NCBI GenBank assembly: GCA_002309395.1
Contig: DBWU01000062.1
Span: forward strand, 3,339-36,450
DNA length: 33,112 nt
Origin: Oscillospiraceae bacterium UBA1230
GTDB taxonomy: Bacteria > Bacillota > Clostridia > Oscillospirales > Oscillospiraceae
Direction of reading: 5' to 3'
Positions within the stretch are counted from its first letter, which is position 1. The number at the start of each line of letters is the position of its first letter. Positions 8,756 through 16,994 of this stretch are shown piece after piece. A program made the translations under genes and the position numbers. The notes beneath the pieces were generated by a model. That model did not search any database. It had not been told where the DNA came from and saw nothing but the letters and a program-made list of their open reading frames with translations.

Positions 8756-9939
8756 TCTCTTCCGCCTCCGCTGATGATATAAACGGGGTTTTGCGCCAGC
8801 ATCATATGCAGTCCTCCTGCCGCGCGGCACGTTGAAACGCCGAGCTGCATCAGCTCCGGCTCTATGCCGCGCCTTTCAAAAAGTTCGACCGCCCTCTGGG
8901 CGCTCTCCAGCGCGATGGCGTTGACGACGATCCGGGCGTGGGGATTCTTCTCCCACACCGTGGCGAAGATCTCCGCCATCTTTTTGCCGCTGCCGCCGAC
9001 GAACACCGCCTCCGGCGCAGGCAGATCGAAAAGTGCCTCCGGCGCGCCGGCGCACTGCACCGTCACGTTGCCCAGGTGGAACGCTTCCGCGTTGCGCCGG
9101 GTCAGCTCCGCGGCGCTCTCGTCCTTATCCACGGCGTACACGCGGCCCTGCCATGCCGCAAGTCCCATCTCCACCGTTACCGAGCCGGTACCGCAGCCCA
9201 CGTCCCAGCACACGTCGCCGGGGCGGATCGCCAGACGGCTCATGGTCACGGCGCGTACCGCCGATTTGGTCATGGGCACGTCGCCGCGTAAAAAAGCGCC
9301 GTCCTCTATGCCGAAGGGGACCCGTCCCTCGGCGGTAGGATTTTCGATCCACAGCGTCGTCAAAGGCGAGAGGTTCGCCGTTTCCAACTGCCTCACCGTC
9401 ATGCGTGACACCCGCTCGTCCGGCTGTCCCAACGATTGCGCCGCGTGGACGGTCAGATCTCCGAACCCCGCCTGACACAGCGATCGCGCCAGCTCCTGCG
9501 CGTTGCCGCCGGTGAGCGCCACGGTGTGCCGGCTGCGCCGCACCGTATCCGTCAGCGCGCCGTCTCTGCCGTGACAGCTTACCAGGGCGCAATCCTGCCA
9601 CGACCGACCCAGCCGCGCGGCAAAGGCGCTGACGGTGGAAACGCCGGCAACCGTCCGCACCCGGCAATCCTTCAGCTCCCGGCGCAGCCGCTCCGCGGCG
9701 CTGTAAAATCCCGCGTCGCCGGATACCAGCACCGCGAAAGAGCCAGATGGATACTCCTCCAGCACCGGCGCGATCTCTCCGGCGGTGTAGAACGGCTCAC
9801 AGCGCCGTCCCATGCCCTCATACGGCGCCAACAGCCGGGGCGCGCCGAACAGCACGTCCGCCCGATCCAGCGCGCGCCGCCCCTCGCCGGTCAGCGTATC
9901 AGCGCCCAAACCCGCGCTGATGATGGTCACTTCTTTCAT
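8752..9939 (-). CDS. cbiET: Bifunctional CbiE/CbiT (CobL-type) cobalt-precorrin-7 C5 and precorrin-6B C15 methyltransferase
   Basis: N-terminal tetrapyrrole methylase (SGDAGFYS, SCHGR) plus C-terminal SAM domain (PMTK, WDVGCGTGSV, VFVGGSG, AQNPV). Start at ATG 9939. Confidence 0.9.
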   Translation of the reverse strand: MKEVTIISAGLGADTLTGEGRRALDRADVLFGAPRLLAPYEGMGRRCEPFYTAGEIAPVLEEYPSGSFAVLVSGDAGFYSAAERLRRELKDCRVRTVAGVSTVSAFAARLGRSWQDCALVSCHGRDGALTDTVRRSRHTVALTGGNAQELARSLCQAGFGDLTVHAAQSLGQPDERVSRMTVRQLETANLSPLTTLWIENPTAEGRVPFGIEDGAFLRGDVPMTKSAVRAVTMSRLAIRPGDVCWDVGCGTGSVTVEMGLAAWQGRVYAVDKDESAAELTRRNAEAFHLGNVTVQCAGAPEALFDLPAPEAVFVGGSGKKMAEIFATVWEKNPHARIVVNAIALESAQRAVELFERRGIEPELMQLGVSTCRAAGGLHMMLAQNPVYIISGGGRE

Positions 9940-10688
9940 ATTCGTCCCTCCCGGATCCGTGTAAGCCACGCCGATACGTCCTCGCCCGGATCGTCCTGCG
10001 GCCGGCGCAGTACCGCCACGGTCATGCCGCATCGCCGCGCCGCCTCCGCCTTCTCCGCAAATCCTCCGGCAGCGCCGGATTCCTTTGTCAGTAAGATCGC
10101 CGCGCCGGCGGCGCGGAACGTTGCCTCGTTCATCTCACGGGAAAACGGTCCCTGCATGCAGATGATATGCCCGGCCGGAAAGCCGGCGTCCAGACACGCC
10201 GAAAGTCCCTTGACTCCCGGCAGGATCCGGAGCCAGACCCGGTTTTCATAGTCCGGCACGGCCGTCAGCGCCGCCGCCTCCTTCGAGCCCAGGGCGGAGA
10301 AGATCACGCCGCTCTGCCCCCGAAGCCACGCCAGCAATTCCGCCATATCGGAAAAGTATTCGCACCCTTCCGCCGTTTCCGACGGGCGCAGTACCCGGTG
10401 ATACGGCACGCCGACCTCGCCGCAGGCGGCGCGGATCTTCCGCGATACGTCGTCGGCGTAGGGATGGGTGGCGTCCAGCACCAGCCGGGGTCGTTCCGCG
10501 CGCAACAGCGCCGCCATCCCCGCCTCGTCCAATCCGCCGGTGTGTACGCTGAGCGTGCCGCCCGGCCGGAGCTGGGCGGCGCCGTACTCCGTGGCGACGC
10601 ATACCAGCGCGGATACGCGCCGCTCCTGCAAGCATTCCGCCAGCTCCCTACCCTCGGTGGTGCCGCCGAATACGATCACGTCAGTCAA
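9936..10688 (-). CDS. cbiJ: Cobalt-precorrin-6A reductase CbiJ/CobK
   Basis: FGGTTEGR, VATEYG, DATHPYA, MQGPFS and TKESGAAGG motifs. TTG start. Confidence 0.93.
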   Translation of the reverse strand: MTDVIVFGGTTEGRELAECLQERRVSALVCVATEYGAAQLRPGGTLSVHTGGLDEAGMAALLRAERPRLVLDATHPYADDVSRKIRAACGEVGVPYHRVLRPSETAEGCEYFSDMAELLAWLRGQSGVIFSALGSKEAAALTAVPDYENRVWLRILPGVKGLSACLDAGFPAGHIICMQGPFSREMNEATFRAAGAAILLTKESGAAGGFAEKAEAARRCGMTVAVLRRPQDDPGEDVSAWLTRIREGRI

Positions 10689-11412
10689 GTCGATACCCCC
10701 TCGGCGTCACCATTTTTCCGCCGATATCCCGCGTCATGGCGTTTCCGATAAAGACGGTGGTAAACATGTCCACCGGCGTGTCCCGCAGTTCGCCCAGGGA
10801 CAGGACCCGGACCGACTCCCCCTCCCGGCCGATCTGCGCGGCGATGCCGCAGACGGTGGACGCCGGCAGGGTCTCCAGAAGGATGTCGCAGGCTTTGCGC
10901 AGATAATCAGCGCGTTTATGACTGCCGGGGTTGTAAAGGCTCATGCACAGGTCCCCCTCAGCCGCGCAGCGCAGCCGTTTCTCGATGGTTTCCCAGGGCG
11001 TCAGAAGATCGCTGAGACTGATAACCGCAAAGTCGTGGCCCAGCGGCGCCCCCAGAATGGCGCCTCCGCTGAGGGCGGCCGTCACCCCGGGGATCACGGA
11101 GATCTCCACGCCTTCATACTCTCCTGCCAGTTCGAAGATCAGTCCTGCCATGCCGTAGACTACGCTGTCGCCGCTGCAGACCAGTGCGACATTTTTCCCG
11201 CCGGCTGCCAGCGCCAGCGCGGCGCGGCAGCGCTCCGTCTCCCGGGTCATGCCGGTGTCCAGATACTCCTTGTCGGGATAGTACGGCTTCACCAGGTCCA
11301 CGTACTTGCTGTACCCGACGATGATCTCCGCCTGCCGCAGAGCCTCGTCGGCCTCCAGTGTCATGCCGGTCCTTTTTCCAGGGCCGATGCCGATCACGTT
11401 CAGTCTGTTCAT
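10681..11412 (-). CDS. cbiH: Cobalt-factor III / precorrin-3B C17-methyltransferase CbiH/CobJ
   Basis: IGIGPG, CSGDSVVYGMAG, GAPLGHDFAVISLSDLLTPW and MVTPRGY motifs. Start at ATG 11412. Confidence 0.94.
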   Translation of the reverse strand: MNRLNVIGIGPGKRTGMTLEADEALRQAEIIVGYSKYVDLVKPYYPDKEYLDTGMTRETERCRAALALAAGGKNVALVCSGDSVVYGMAGLIFELAGEYEGVEISVIPGVTAALSGGAILGAPLGHDFAVISLSDLLTPWETIEKRLRCAAEGDLCMSLYNPGSHKRADYLRKACDILLETLPASTVCGIAAQIGREGESVRVLSLGELRDTPVDMFTTVFIGNAMTRDIGGKMVTPRGYRLD

Positions 11413-12401
11413 GGCGTTCCTCCAAATGACAGTTTCGGTTCTTCTATGGCCAGTGCTACGGTAACGCCGTTTCCTGCCTCTTTCCGGCTCATCAGCCGCC
11501 CTCCGGAACACAGCACCGCCGCCCGCTCGCACACGTTGTCCACGCCGGTGGTCTTTTCCACGAACGCCGAGGCGGTAAACGCCCCCTCCACCGCCGCCAG
11601 CTCCGCGGCGGTATAGCACACGAGCGGCACGCCCCGGCGCCGGCAGACCTCCGTAAGCCCCGGCTCCGCCGCCTTGCGGTCGATGGTAGCCACCGCCGAC
11701 AGCGCCAGTTCGTGGCATCCGGCTTTCCCCAGCGCCGCGGTGAGCGCCGCCTCGATGGTCTCCGCAGGCGTGTCTTTTTTGCATCCGATCCCGGCGGTAA
11801 CGATCCGCGGCACCAGCCGCAGCGATTCAGCGCGTCCCCGGGAGCGGTGGCTGATCAGCACGTCATACGCCGTCTCCGACAGCTCCACCTGCTCCGGCAG
11901 CGCCCCGGACACGGGATAAAGGCTCTTCACCCGGATGGTTTCCCCTGCCAGGATCCGGGCGGAGATCCACTTGATCCGCTCCGGGTTCGCCACCGCCAGT
12001 TTCTGCCGCCGCGCCCAATCGTCCACGGCGAAACGCCCGTTTACGTCGGTGGCGGTAGTGATGACGGGCAGGGCGCCTGCCGCCCCGGCCAACCGCCGTG
12101 CCAGTTCGTTGGCGCCGCCCAGATGCCCCGACAGGATCGGCACGGCAAAAGCGCCCTTTTCATCCATCACCACCACGGCGGGATCCTCCGCCTTGGAACG
12201 GATCAGCGGCGCCACGGCTCGCACGGCGATCCCCGCCGCGCCGATGAACACCAGCGCGTCACTTCGGGCAAACGCGTCTTGCGTCCACAAGGCGAGTTCC
12301 CCTCCGATGCAGCGGTGGAGCGTCAAGTCCTCCACCGCCGCCTGCAAGCGCCTGCCCAGCGCCATCCCTGCGTCGGTAAACGCCACAGCCTCGATCTTCA
12401 T
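11409..12401 (-). CDS. cbiG: Cobalt-precorrin-5A hydrolase CbiG
   Basis: GIAVRAVAP, DPAVVV, SGHLGGAN, ITTATD, GIGCKK and NVCERAA motifs. Confidence 0.94.
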   Translation of the reverse strand: MKIEAVAFTDAGMALGRRLQAAVEDLTLHRCIGGELALWTQDAFARSDALVFIGAAGIAVRAVAPLIRSKAEDPAVVVMDEKGAFAVPILSGHLGGANELARRLAGAAGALPVITTATDVNGRFAVDDWARRQKLAVANPERIKWISARILAGETIRVKSLYPVSGALPEQVELSETAYDVLISHRSRGRAESLRLVPRIVTAGIGCKKDTPAETIEAALTAALGKAGCHELALSAVATIDRKAAEPGLTEVCRRRGVPLVCYTAAELAAVEGAFTASAFVEKTTGVDNVCERAAVLCSGGRLMSRKEAGNGVTVALAIEEPKLSFGGTP

Positions 12402-13153
12402 ACCTTTGCCTCCCGAAACTCGGTGGAAAAGCTGTCGTCATAAAGCCGGGACAGTTCATAGTCGCCGGCAAGACAGTGTCCCACCACGATCAGCGCCGTT
12501 TTGTGAACACCGTTTTGCTCCGCCGTTTCAAACAGCGTCCCCACCGTACAGCGCAGGACTTTTTCCTCCGGCCAGGTGGCTTTGTAGACGATGGCGGCAG
12601 GCGTGTCGGCGCTGTAACCGCCTGCCTCCAGCTCGCCGGACAGCTCTCGCAGTAAGCCGGTACTCAAGAAAATGACCATGGTGGCGCCGTGGGACGCGAA
12701 GGAACGAACGCTCTCCCGTTCCGGCACGGCGGTCCGCCCCGCCATACGGGTGATGACCACCGACTGGGACACGCCGGGCAGGGTGTATTCCGCCCGAAGC
12801 GCCGCCGCCGCGCCGCAAAAGCTGGACACGCCCGGACACACGTCAAAGGCGATCCCCCGTTCCCGTAATCCGTCCATCTGCTCCCGGATGGCGCCGTAGA
12901 GACACGGATCGCCGGTATGGAGCCGCACGGTGGTCTGCCCTGCCGCCTCCGACTGTTCCATCACGGCAAGCACTTCCCGAAGCGTCATTTCGGCGCTGTT
13001 ATAGATCCGGCACTCCGGCTTGGCATACGCCAACAGCGCGGGATTGACCAGCGAGCCGGCGTAGATGATCGCGTCCGCCTGCTCCAGATACCGTTTGCCC
13101 CGCAGTGTGATCAGATCAGGCGCGCCGCTTCCGGCGCCTACAAAATGGATCAT
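12398..13153 (-). CDS. cbiF: Cobalt-precorrin-4 C11-methyltransferase CbiF/CobM
   Basis: MIHFVGAGSGAPDLIT, YAGSLVN, RLHTGDP, PGVSSF and SRLYD motifs. True start at ATG 13153 (ATGA overlap with the cbiD stop). Confidence 0.95.
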   Translation of the reverse strand: MIHFVGAGSGAPDLITLRGKRYLEQADAIIYAGSLVNPALLAYAKPECRIYNSAEMTLREVLAVMEQSEAAGQTTVRLHTGDPCLYGAIREQMDGLRERGIAFDVCPGVSSFCGAAAALRAEYTLPGVSQSVVITRMAGRTAVPERESVRSFASHGATMVIFLSTGLLRELSGELEAGGYSADTPAAIVYKATWPEEKVLRCTVGTLFETAEQNGVHKTALIVVGHCLAGDYELSRLYDDSFSTEFREAKV

Positions 13154-14289
13154 ACCGTTCTCCTCCCCTTTTCTATCAGTTCTGCCGCGTTTTCGCTCTG
13201 CGCCAGCGTGCCGCCCAGATCGGCGCGGTTGGTAAACGTCACGTATCCGATCGTCACGTCCTCCGGCACGCGGCGGCGAAGCGTATCGTCGATCCGCTGT
13301 CCCAGCAGGCGGCACACCGGCTCTTGAAGCTTCGCCGATCGTAACAGCTCCAGCGCCGCGTCGCAGGTGGCGCAGTGCAGGATCTCCCGGATCAGCGGCG
13401 CCTCGGCGCCGCACAGCGCGGCGCACGATGCCAGCGTTTCCATCCGCCCGTCGCCTGCGTCGGAATGGGTGTTGGTCACGCCGATGCCCAGCTTCACCAG
13501 TTTGCCCACGTGTCCCACCAGCAGGATCTCCGAAAAGCCGGATTCCACCGCCGCGTCCACGGCGTCGCCGATGAAGTTGGCACAGCTCACGCAGTATTTC
13601 TCCTCGATCCCCAGCGCGTCGGCGGCAAAGGCGCGGCCGTAATTGCCGGGCGTAAGCACGAGATAGGTTCTGCCTGCGGCGGCTTTCTGGCGCAGTTCCA
13701 GCTTCACCGTGTCGATCAGCGCCCGGGTGCTCATGGGTTCTACGATGCCGGAGGTACCGAGAATGGAGATGCCTCCCTCGATGCCCATCCGGGGATTGAA
13801 GGTGCGCCGCGCCAGCTCCGCGCCGCCCGGCACGGACACGGTGATGCGTATGCCGCCGGTATAGCCGCAGGCGTGGCATACCGCCGACGCGTTCTCCTCG
13901 ATCATCCGCCGGGGAACGGAGTTGATGGCGGCGGCGCCCACCGGCTGATCGAGTCCCGGCTTGGTCACCACGCCTACCCCCTCACCGCCGCAGACCGTAA
14001 CGCCCCGATCCTGCCGCTGCGCCGCGGCATAGATCAAAATACCGTCCGTCGCGTCCGGGTCGTCCCCGGCGTCTTTCCGCACGGCGCACACGGCGCGCTC
14101 CGGCGCATACTGCGCCTTTTGCACCTCCATCGTCAAAGCGGTGCCGTCCGGCGCGGTCAATAATACGCTCTGCGGACTTTTACCGGTGAGCAGCAGCTCC
14201 GTCGCCGCCCGCGCCGCCGCCGCGGCACAACTGCCGGTGGTATAGCCGCAGCGCATCAGACGGCCGTTAACGCTTCGTATCAACTCCAT
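13150..14289 (-). CDS. cbiD: Cobalt-precorrin-5B C1-methyltransferase CbiD
   Basis: GYTTGSCAAAA, KDAGDDPDATDG, TFNPRMGIEGGISILGTSGIVEPMS and GHVGKLVK motifs. Start at ATG 14289 behind GGAGG. Confidence 0.95.
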   Translation of the reverse strand: MELIRSVNGRLMRCGYTTGSCAAAAARAATELLLTGKSPQSVLLTAPDGTALTMEVQKAQYAPERAVCAVRKDAGDDPDATDGILIYAAAQRQDRGVTVCGGEGVGVVTKPGLDQPVGAAAINSVPRRMIEENASAVCHACGYTGGIRITVSVPGGAELARRTFNPRMGIEGGISILGTSGIVEPMSTRALIDTVKLELRQKAAAGRTYLVLTPGNYGRAFAADALGIEEKYCVSCANFIGDAVDAAVESGFSEILLVGHVGKLVKLGIGVTNTHSDAGDGRMETLASCAALCGAEAPLIREILHCATCDAALELLRSAKLQEPVCRLLGQRIDDTLRRRVPEDVTIGYVTFTNRADLGGTLAQSENAAELIEKGRRTV

Positions 14290-14322
14290 AAAAAAACCTC
14301 CGGAACGCGAACGCGCCGGAGG
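14290..14322 (-). terminator. Riboswitch expression platform: terminator hairpin that also contains the cbiD RBS
   Basis: Minus strand CCTCCGG-CGCGTTCGCG-TT-CCGGAGG-TTTTTTT-ATG. Confidence 0.75.
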
Positions 14323-14387
14323 AAGTACCGCAAACGCCGCCCAACGGGACGGATGCGCCAACTCCTTCGGTGTCCGCAAAGGAATGG

Positions 14388-14460
14388 AAAACGTGGAACC
14401 CGGCTGTCACGGTAACGCACTTGCGAGGGGATTGCACCCTTCTTACCCACTACGTTGTTA
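14388..14460 (-). ncRNA. Compact (class II-like) cobalamin riboswitch upstream of cbiD
   Basis: Minus strand AACGTAGTGGGTAAGAAGGGTGCAATCCCCTCGCAAGTGCGTTACCGTGACAGCCGGGTTCCACGTT. It has a GGTGCAATCC T-loop arm, an ACCGTGA...AGCCGG B12-box-like segment and no P6 extension. Confidence 0.78.
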
Positions 14461-14465
14461 CCGTG

Positions 14466-14495
14466 ATTATAGGCGGTTATCTGCCGTTTTGTCAA
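14466..14495 (-). promoter_or_regulatory. Sigma-A promoter of the cbi operon
   Basis: Minus strand TTGACA-N18-TATAAT immediately upstream of the riboswitch. Confidence 0.8.
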
Positions 14496-14511
14496 GAGGA
14501 ACGGCGGAATC

Positions 14512-14540
14512 TTGACAAACGCGTTTTTTCGTGCTATATA
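14512..14540 (+). promoter_or_regulatory. Divergent sigma-A promoter of the cbiK unit
   Basis: TTGACA-N17-TATATA with TG extension. Confidence 0.7.
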
Positions 14541-14558
14541 AGGGCATAGCAGAATATC

Positions 14559-14730
14559 GGAAGCAGGTATTGGAAGTCGGGTGCAAATCCCGCGCAAGGC
14601 CGTTGCTGTGATTCGCGTCAGCGCAGGCAAAATGCCACTGGGGAACCGGGAAGGCGTCTGTGCGCCGGAGTCTCTCCGCCGCGATCAGTCAGAATACTTT
14701 CCTGCTTCTTTGCCCCCTTGCCGGGCGAAT
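14559..14730 (+). ncRNA. Cobalamin riboswitch upstream of cbiK
   Basis: GAAGCAGG/CCTGCTTC closing stem, GGAA..GGGTGCAAATCCC, GCTGTGA, GCCACTG...GGGAAGGC and AGTCAGAATAC B12 box. L5 CAAGG is complementary to loop CCTTG of the downstream hairpin. Confidence 0.9.
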
Positions 14731-14819
14731 GCGTTCAGCTCTGCGGATCTCCGGAGCGGCGGATAGAGACGTGTAAGACAGGTGAAAACCGCTTTGTCTT
14801 GCTCTTGGTGCGCCGTTTT

Positions 14820-14855
14820 CCGCCTGTGGAGTTGTCCGCAGGCGGTTATTCTTTT
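14820..14855 (+). terminator. Attenuator terminator of the cbiK leader
   Basis: CCGCCTGTGGA-GTTG-TCCGCAGGCGG followed by TTATTCTTTT. Confidence 0.6.
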
Positions 14856-14910
14856 GCTGTCACGGCACAAAGCCATGTACAGATATAAAAACGAAAGAAG
14901 GACGAAACAC

Positions 14911-16095
14911 ATGAAACACCGTAAACTGATTGCCTCTGCGCTGGCCGCCGTCATGCTGCTGGCACTGGTTGCCTGCGGACAAGGCGGCGCCGGTCAGCAG
15001 ACCGACACCCCCACCGATCAAGAGCTGGCCGATGAGGTCGCCGCTTTGATCGATGCCATTTACGTGCAGGAGCGCACCGATAAGACCGACGAGCAGTGTG
15101 CCGCCGCCAAAGCCGCCTGGGACAAGCTGACCGACGCGCAAAAGGAATTGGTCCAAGGCGAGGAGGCAGATCCCGATTATTTCGGTCGCGATACGGGCGA
15201 CGCGTCCAAGGACGATCCCCGCAACGGCGATGAGATCGGTAAGAACGAGCTTTTAGTCGTTAGCTTCGGCACCTCCTTCAATGATAGCCGTGCGCTGGAC
15301 ATCAAGGGGATCGAGGACGCTCTGCAGAGCGAATATCCCGATTGGAGCGTGCGCCGTGCTTTCACTGCACAGATCATCATCAACCACGTACAAGCCCGCG
15401 ACGGGGAGAAGATCGACAATGTGGAGCAGGCGCTGGATCGTGCCGTGGCAAACGGTGTGGAGCGTCTGGTGATCCAACCCACCCACTTGATGCACGGTGC
15501 CGAGTATGACGAGCTGGTTCAGGCTGTGGAGGCCTATCAGGACAAGTTCGCCTCCGTTGTCATTGCCGAGCCTTTGCTGGGCGCCGTGGGCGCTGACGCG
15601 TCCGCCATCAACGCGGACAAGGAGGCGGTGGCAAAGGCGGTGACCGCTGAAGCCTTCAAGGATGCCGGCTATGCCTCTTTGGAACAAGCCGATGCCGCAG
15701 GCGTCGCCTTCGTTTTCATGGGGCACGGCACTTCTCATACCGCCAAGGTGTCATACTCCCAGATGCAGGCGCAGATGAACGCTCTGGGCTATCGGAACGT
15801 TTTCATCGGCACCGTGGAGGGCGAGCCGGAGGAGACCTCCTGTGAGGCGGTGATCGAAGCCGTGTATGCCGCCGGTTACAGATCCGTCGTACTGCGTCCG
15901 CTGATGGTGGTGGCAGGCGACCACGCCAACAACGATATGGCAGGCGAGGATGAAGATTCCTGGGTCAGCATGTTCACCGCCAGCGGCAAGTTTGACAAGA
16001 TCGACACCCAGATCGCCGGTCTGGGCCGCATTGCCGCGGTGCAGTCGTTGTACGTTGCTCACACCCGCGCCGCGTTGGATACGCTGAGCAAATGA
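14911..16095 (+). CDS. cbiK: Lipoprotein sirohydrochlorin cobaltochelatase CbiK with an extra N-terminal helical domain
   Basis: LLVVSFGTS, RRAFT, QPTHLMHGAEY, FMGHGTSH and PLMVVAGDHANNDMAG motifs. Signal peptide with lipobox LVAC. Start at ATG 14911 behind AAGGA. Confidence 0.9.
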   Translation: MKHRKLIASALAAVMLLALVACGQGGAGQQTDTPTDQELADEVAALIDAIYVQERTDKTDEQCAAAKAAWDKLTDAQKELVQGEEADPDYFGRDTGDASKDDPRNGDEIGKNELLVVSFGTSFNDSRALDIKGIEDALQSEYPDWSVRRAFTAQIIINHVQARDGEKIDNVEQALDRAVANGVERLVIQPTHLMHGAEYDELVQAVEAYQDKFASVVIAEPLLGAVGADASAINADKEAVAKAVTAEAFKDAGYASLEQADAAGVAFVFMGHGTSHTAKVSYSQMQAQMNALGYRNVFIGTVEGEPEETSCEAVIEAVYAAGYRSVVLRPLMVVAGDHANNDMAGEDEDSWVSMFTASGKFDKIDTQIAGLGRIAAVQSLYVAHTRAALDTLSK

Positions 16096-16559
16096 TGCGC
16101 CGCGATCTGTGTCTTCGGGCGCTGTGTCTTTCCCTGCTGGCGGCGTGGATTTGTATCCTTTGCGCCGGATGCGGCAACAACAGCGACACACTGGCAGACG
16201 GGACGTATACCGTGGTGTTTTCCACGGACAGCTCCATGTTCCACGTCAACGAAGTCTGCCACGGCACAGCGGTTCTGACGGTGGATCGGGGGCGGATGTC
16301 CGTTCACATCACCATGCCCTCCAAGAATATTGTGAATCTCTTTTCCGGCACGGCGGAGGACGCGCGGAAAGACGGCGCGCTCCTCATTGAACCTACGCTG
16401 GACCCTGTCACCTATGACGACGGCACCGGTGAAGAGGTGTTCGGTTTCGATCTGCCTGTGCCATACCTTGATCGGGAGTTTCCCTGCGCGATCCTGGGTA
16501 CCAAGGGCAAATGGTATGACCACATGGTCATGGTATCCGGCCCGACGACGGCTCCCTGA
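16092..16559 (+). CDS. Small lipoprotein with a single NEAT-like domain (putative corrinoid/tetrapyrrole binder)
   Basis: Lipobox-like CAGC, then LADGTYTV...SSMFHV...NLFSGTAEDA...FDLPV...GKWYDH. ATGA-coupled to cbiK. Confidence 0.7.
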   Translation: MMRRDLCLRALCLSLLAAWICILCAGCGNNSDTLADGTYTVVFSTDSSMFHVNEVCHGTAVLTVDRGRMSVHITMPSKNIVNLFSGTAEDARKDGALLIEPTLDPVTYDDGTGEEVFGFDLPVPYLDREFPCAILGTKGKWYDHMVMVSGPTTAP

Positions 16560-16578
16560 TGCTGTCTCCTGATTCTGC

Positions 16579-16620
16579 AAGACCCCGTTTCGTCTCTGTG
16601 GCGCGACGGGGTCTTTTTCT
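16579..16620 (+). terminator. Intrinsic terminator after the cbiK unit
   Basis: AAGACCCCGT...ACGGGGTCTT followed by a T-tract. Confidence 0.75.
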
Positions 16621-16644
16621 GCCATTTTTTCACCCCACTCCCTC

Positions 16645-16673
16645 TTGCAAATCGGGGGTTGCCTTGCTATAAT
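16645..16673 (+). promoter_or_regulatory. Sigma-A promoter of the transport operon
   Basis: TTGCAA-N17-TATAAT with TG extension. Confidence 0.8.
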
Positions 16674-16687
16674 GTGCATAGACAATG

Positions 16688-16860
16688 TTTTTCAGTGCTT
16701 CGGCGCGTCCGCGCCGATGGAAGAGGGAATCGGGTGCAAATCCCGAGCGATCCGGTCACTGTGAACGGGGAGTGTGACAGCAGCACGCCATTGTGTCTGT
16801 GGACATGAGAAGGCGCTGTCGCACGCGACGATCCGTAAGTCAGGAAACCTGCTGAAAAAG
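16688..16860 (+). ncRNA. Cobalamin (class I, AdoCbl-type) riboswitch
   Basis: TTTTTCAG/CTGAAAAA closing stem, AGGGAATCGGGTGCAAATCCCG, CACTGTGA, GCCATTG...GAGAAGGC and AAGTCAGGAAACCTG B12 box. Confidence 0.93.
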
Positions 16861-16930
16861 TGGTTCAAGCCTCCGGGAAGGGCGAACGCCGCAATACCGC
16901 TTTCTGCACAAGTTCCGTGCAGATCGTTCG

Positions 16931-16968
16931 GCGCGTCTGCTCCTCCGGGAAGCGGGCGTGTTTTCTTT
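16931..16968 (+). terminator. Putative attenuator of the third riboswitch
   Basis: GCGCGTCTGCTCC...GGAAGCGGGCGTG hairpin followed by TTTTCTTT. GATCG at 16922-16926 is complementary to L5 CGATC. Confidence 0.55.
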
Positions 16969-16994
16969 GTATCATTTTGAGGAGGGATCTTTTT

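Noticed and set aside
12398-13879. Apparent 493-aa CbiF with a long N-terminal fusion (similar extensions on cbiH, cbiA, cbiET, rpmA and the surface protein)
   Set aside because: The extensions overlap upstream genes out of frame or run through leaders. The true starts are the downstream ATGs with ATGA coupling or an RBS.
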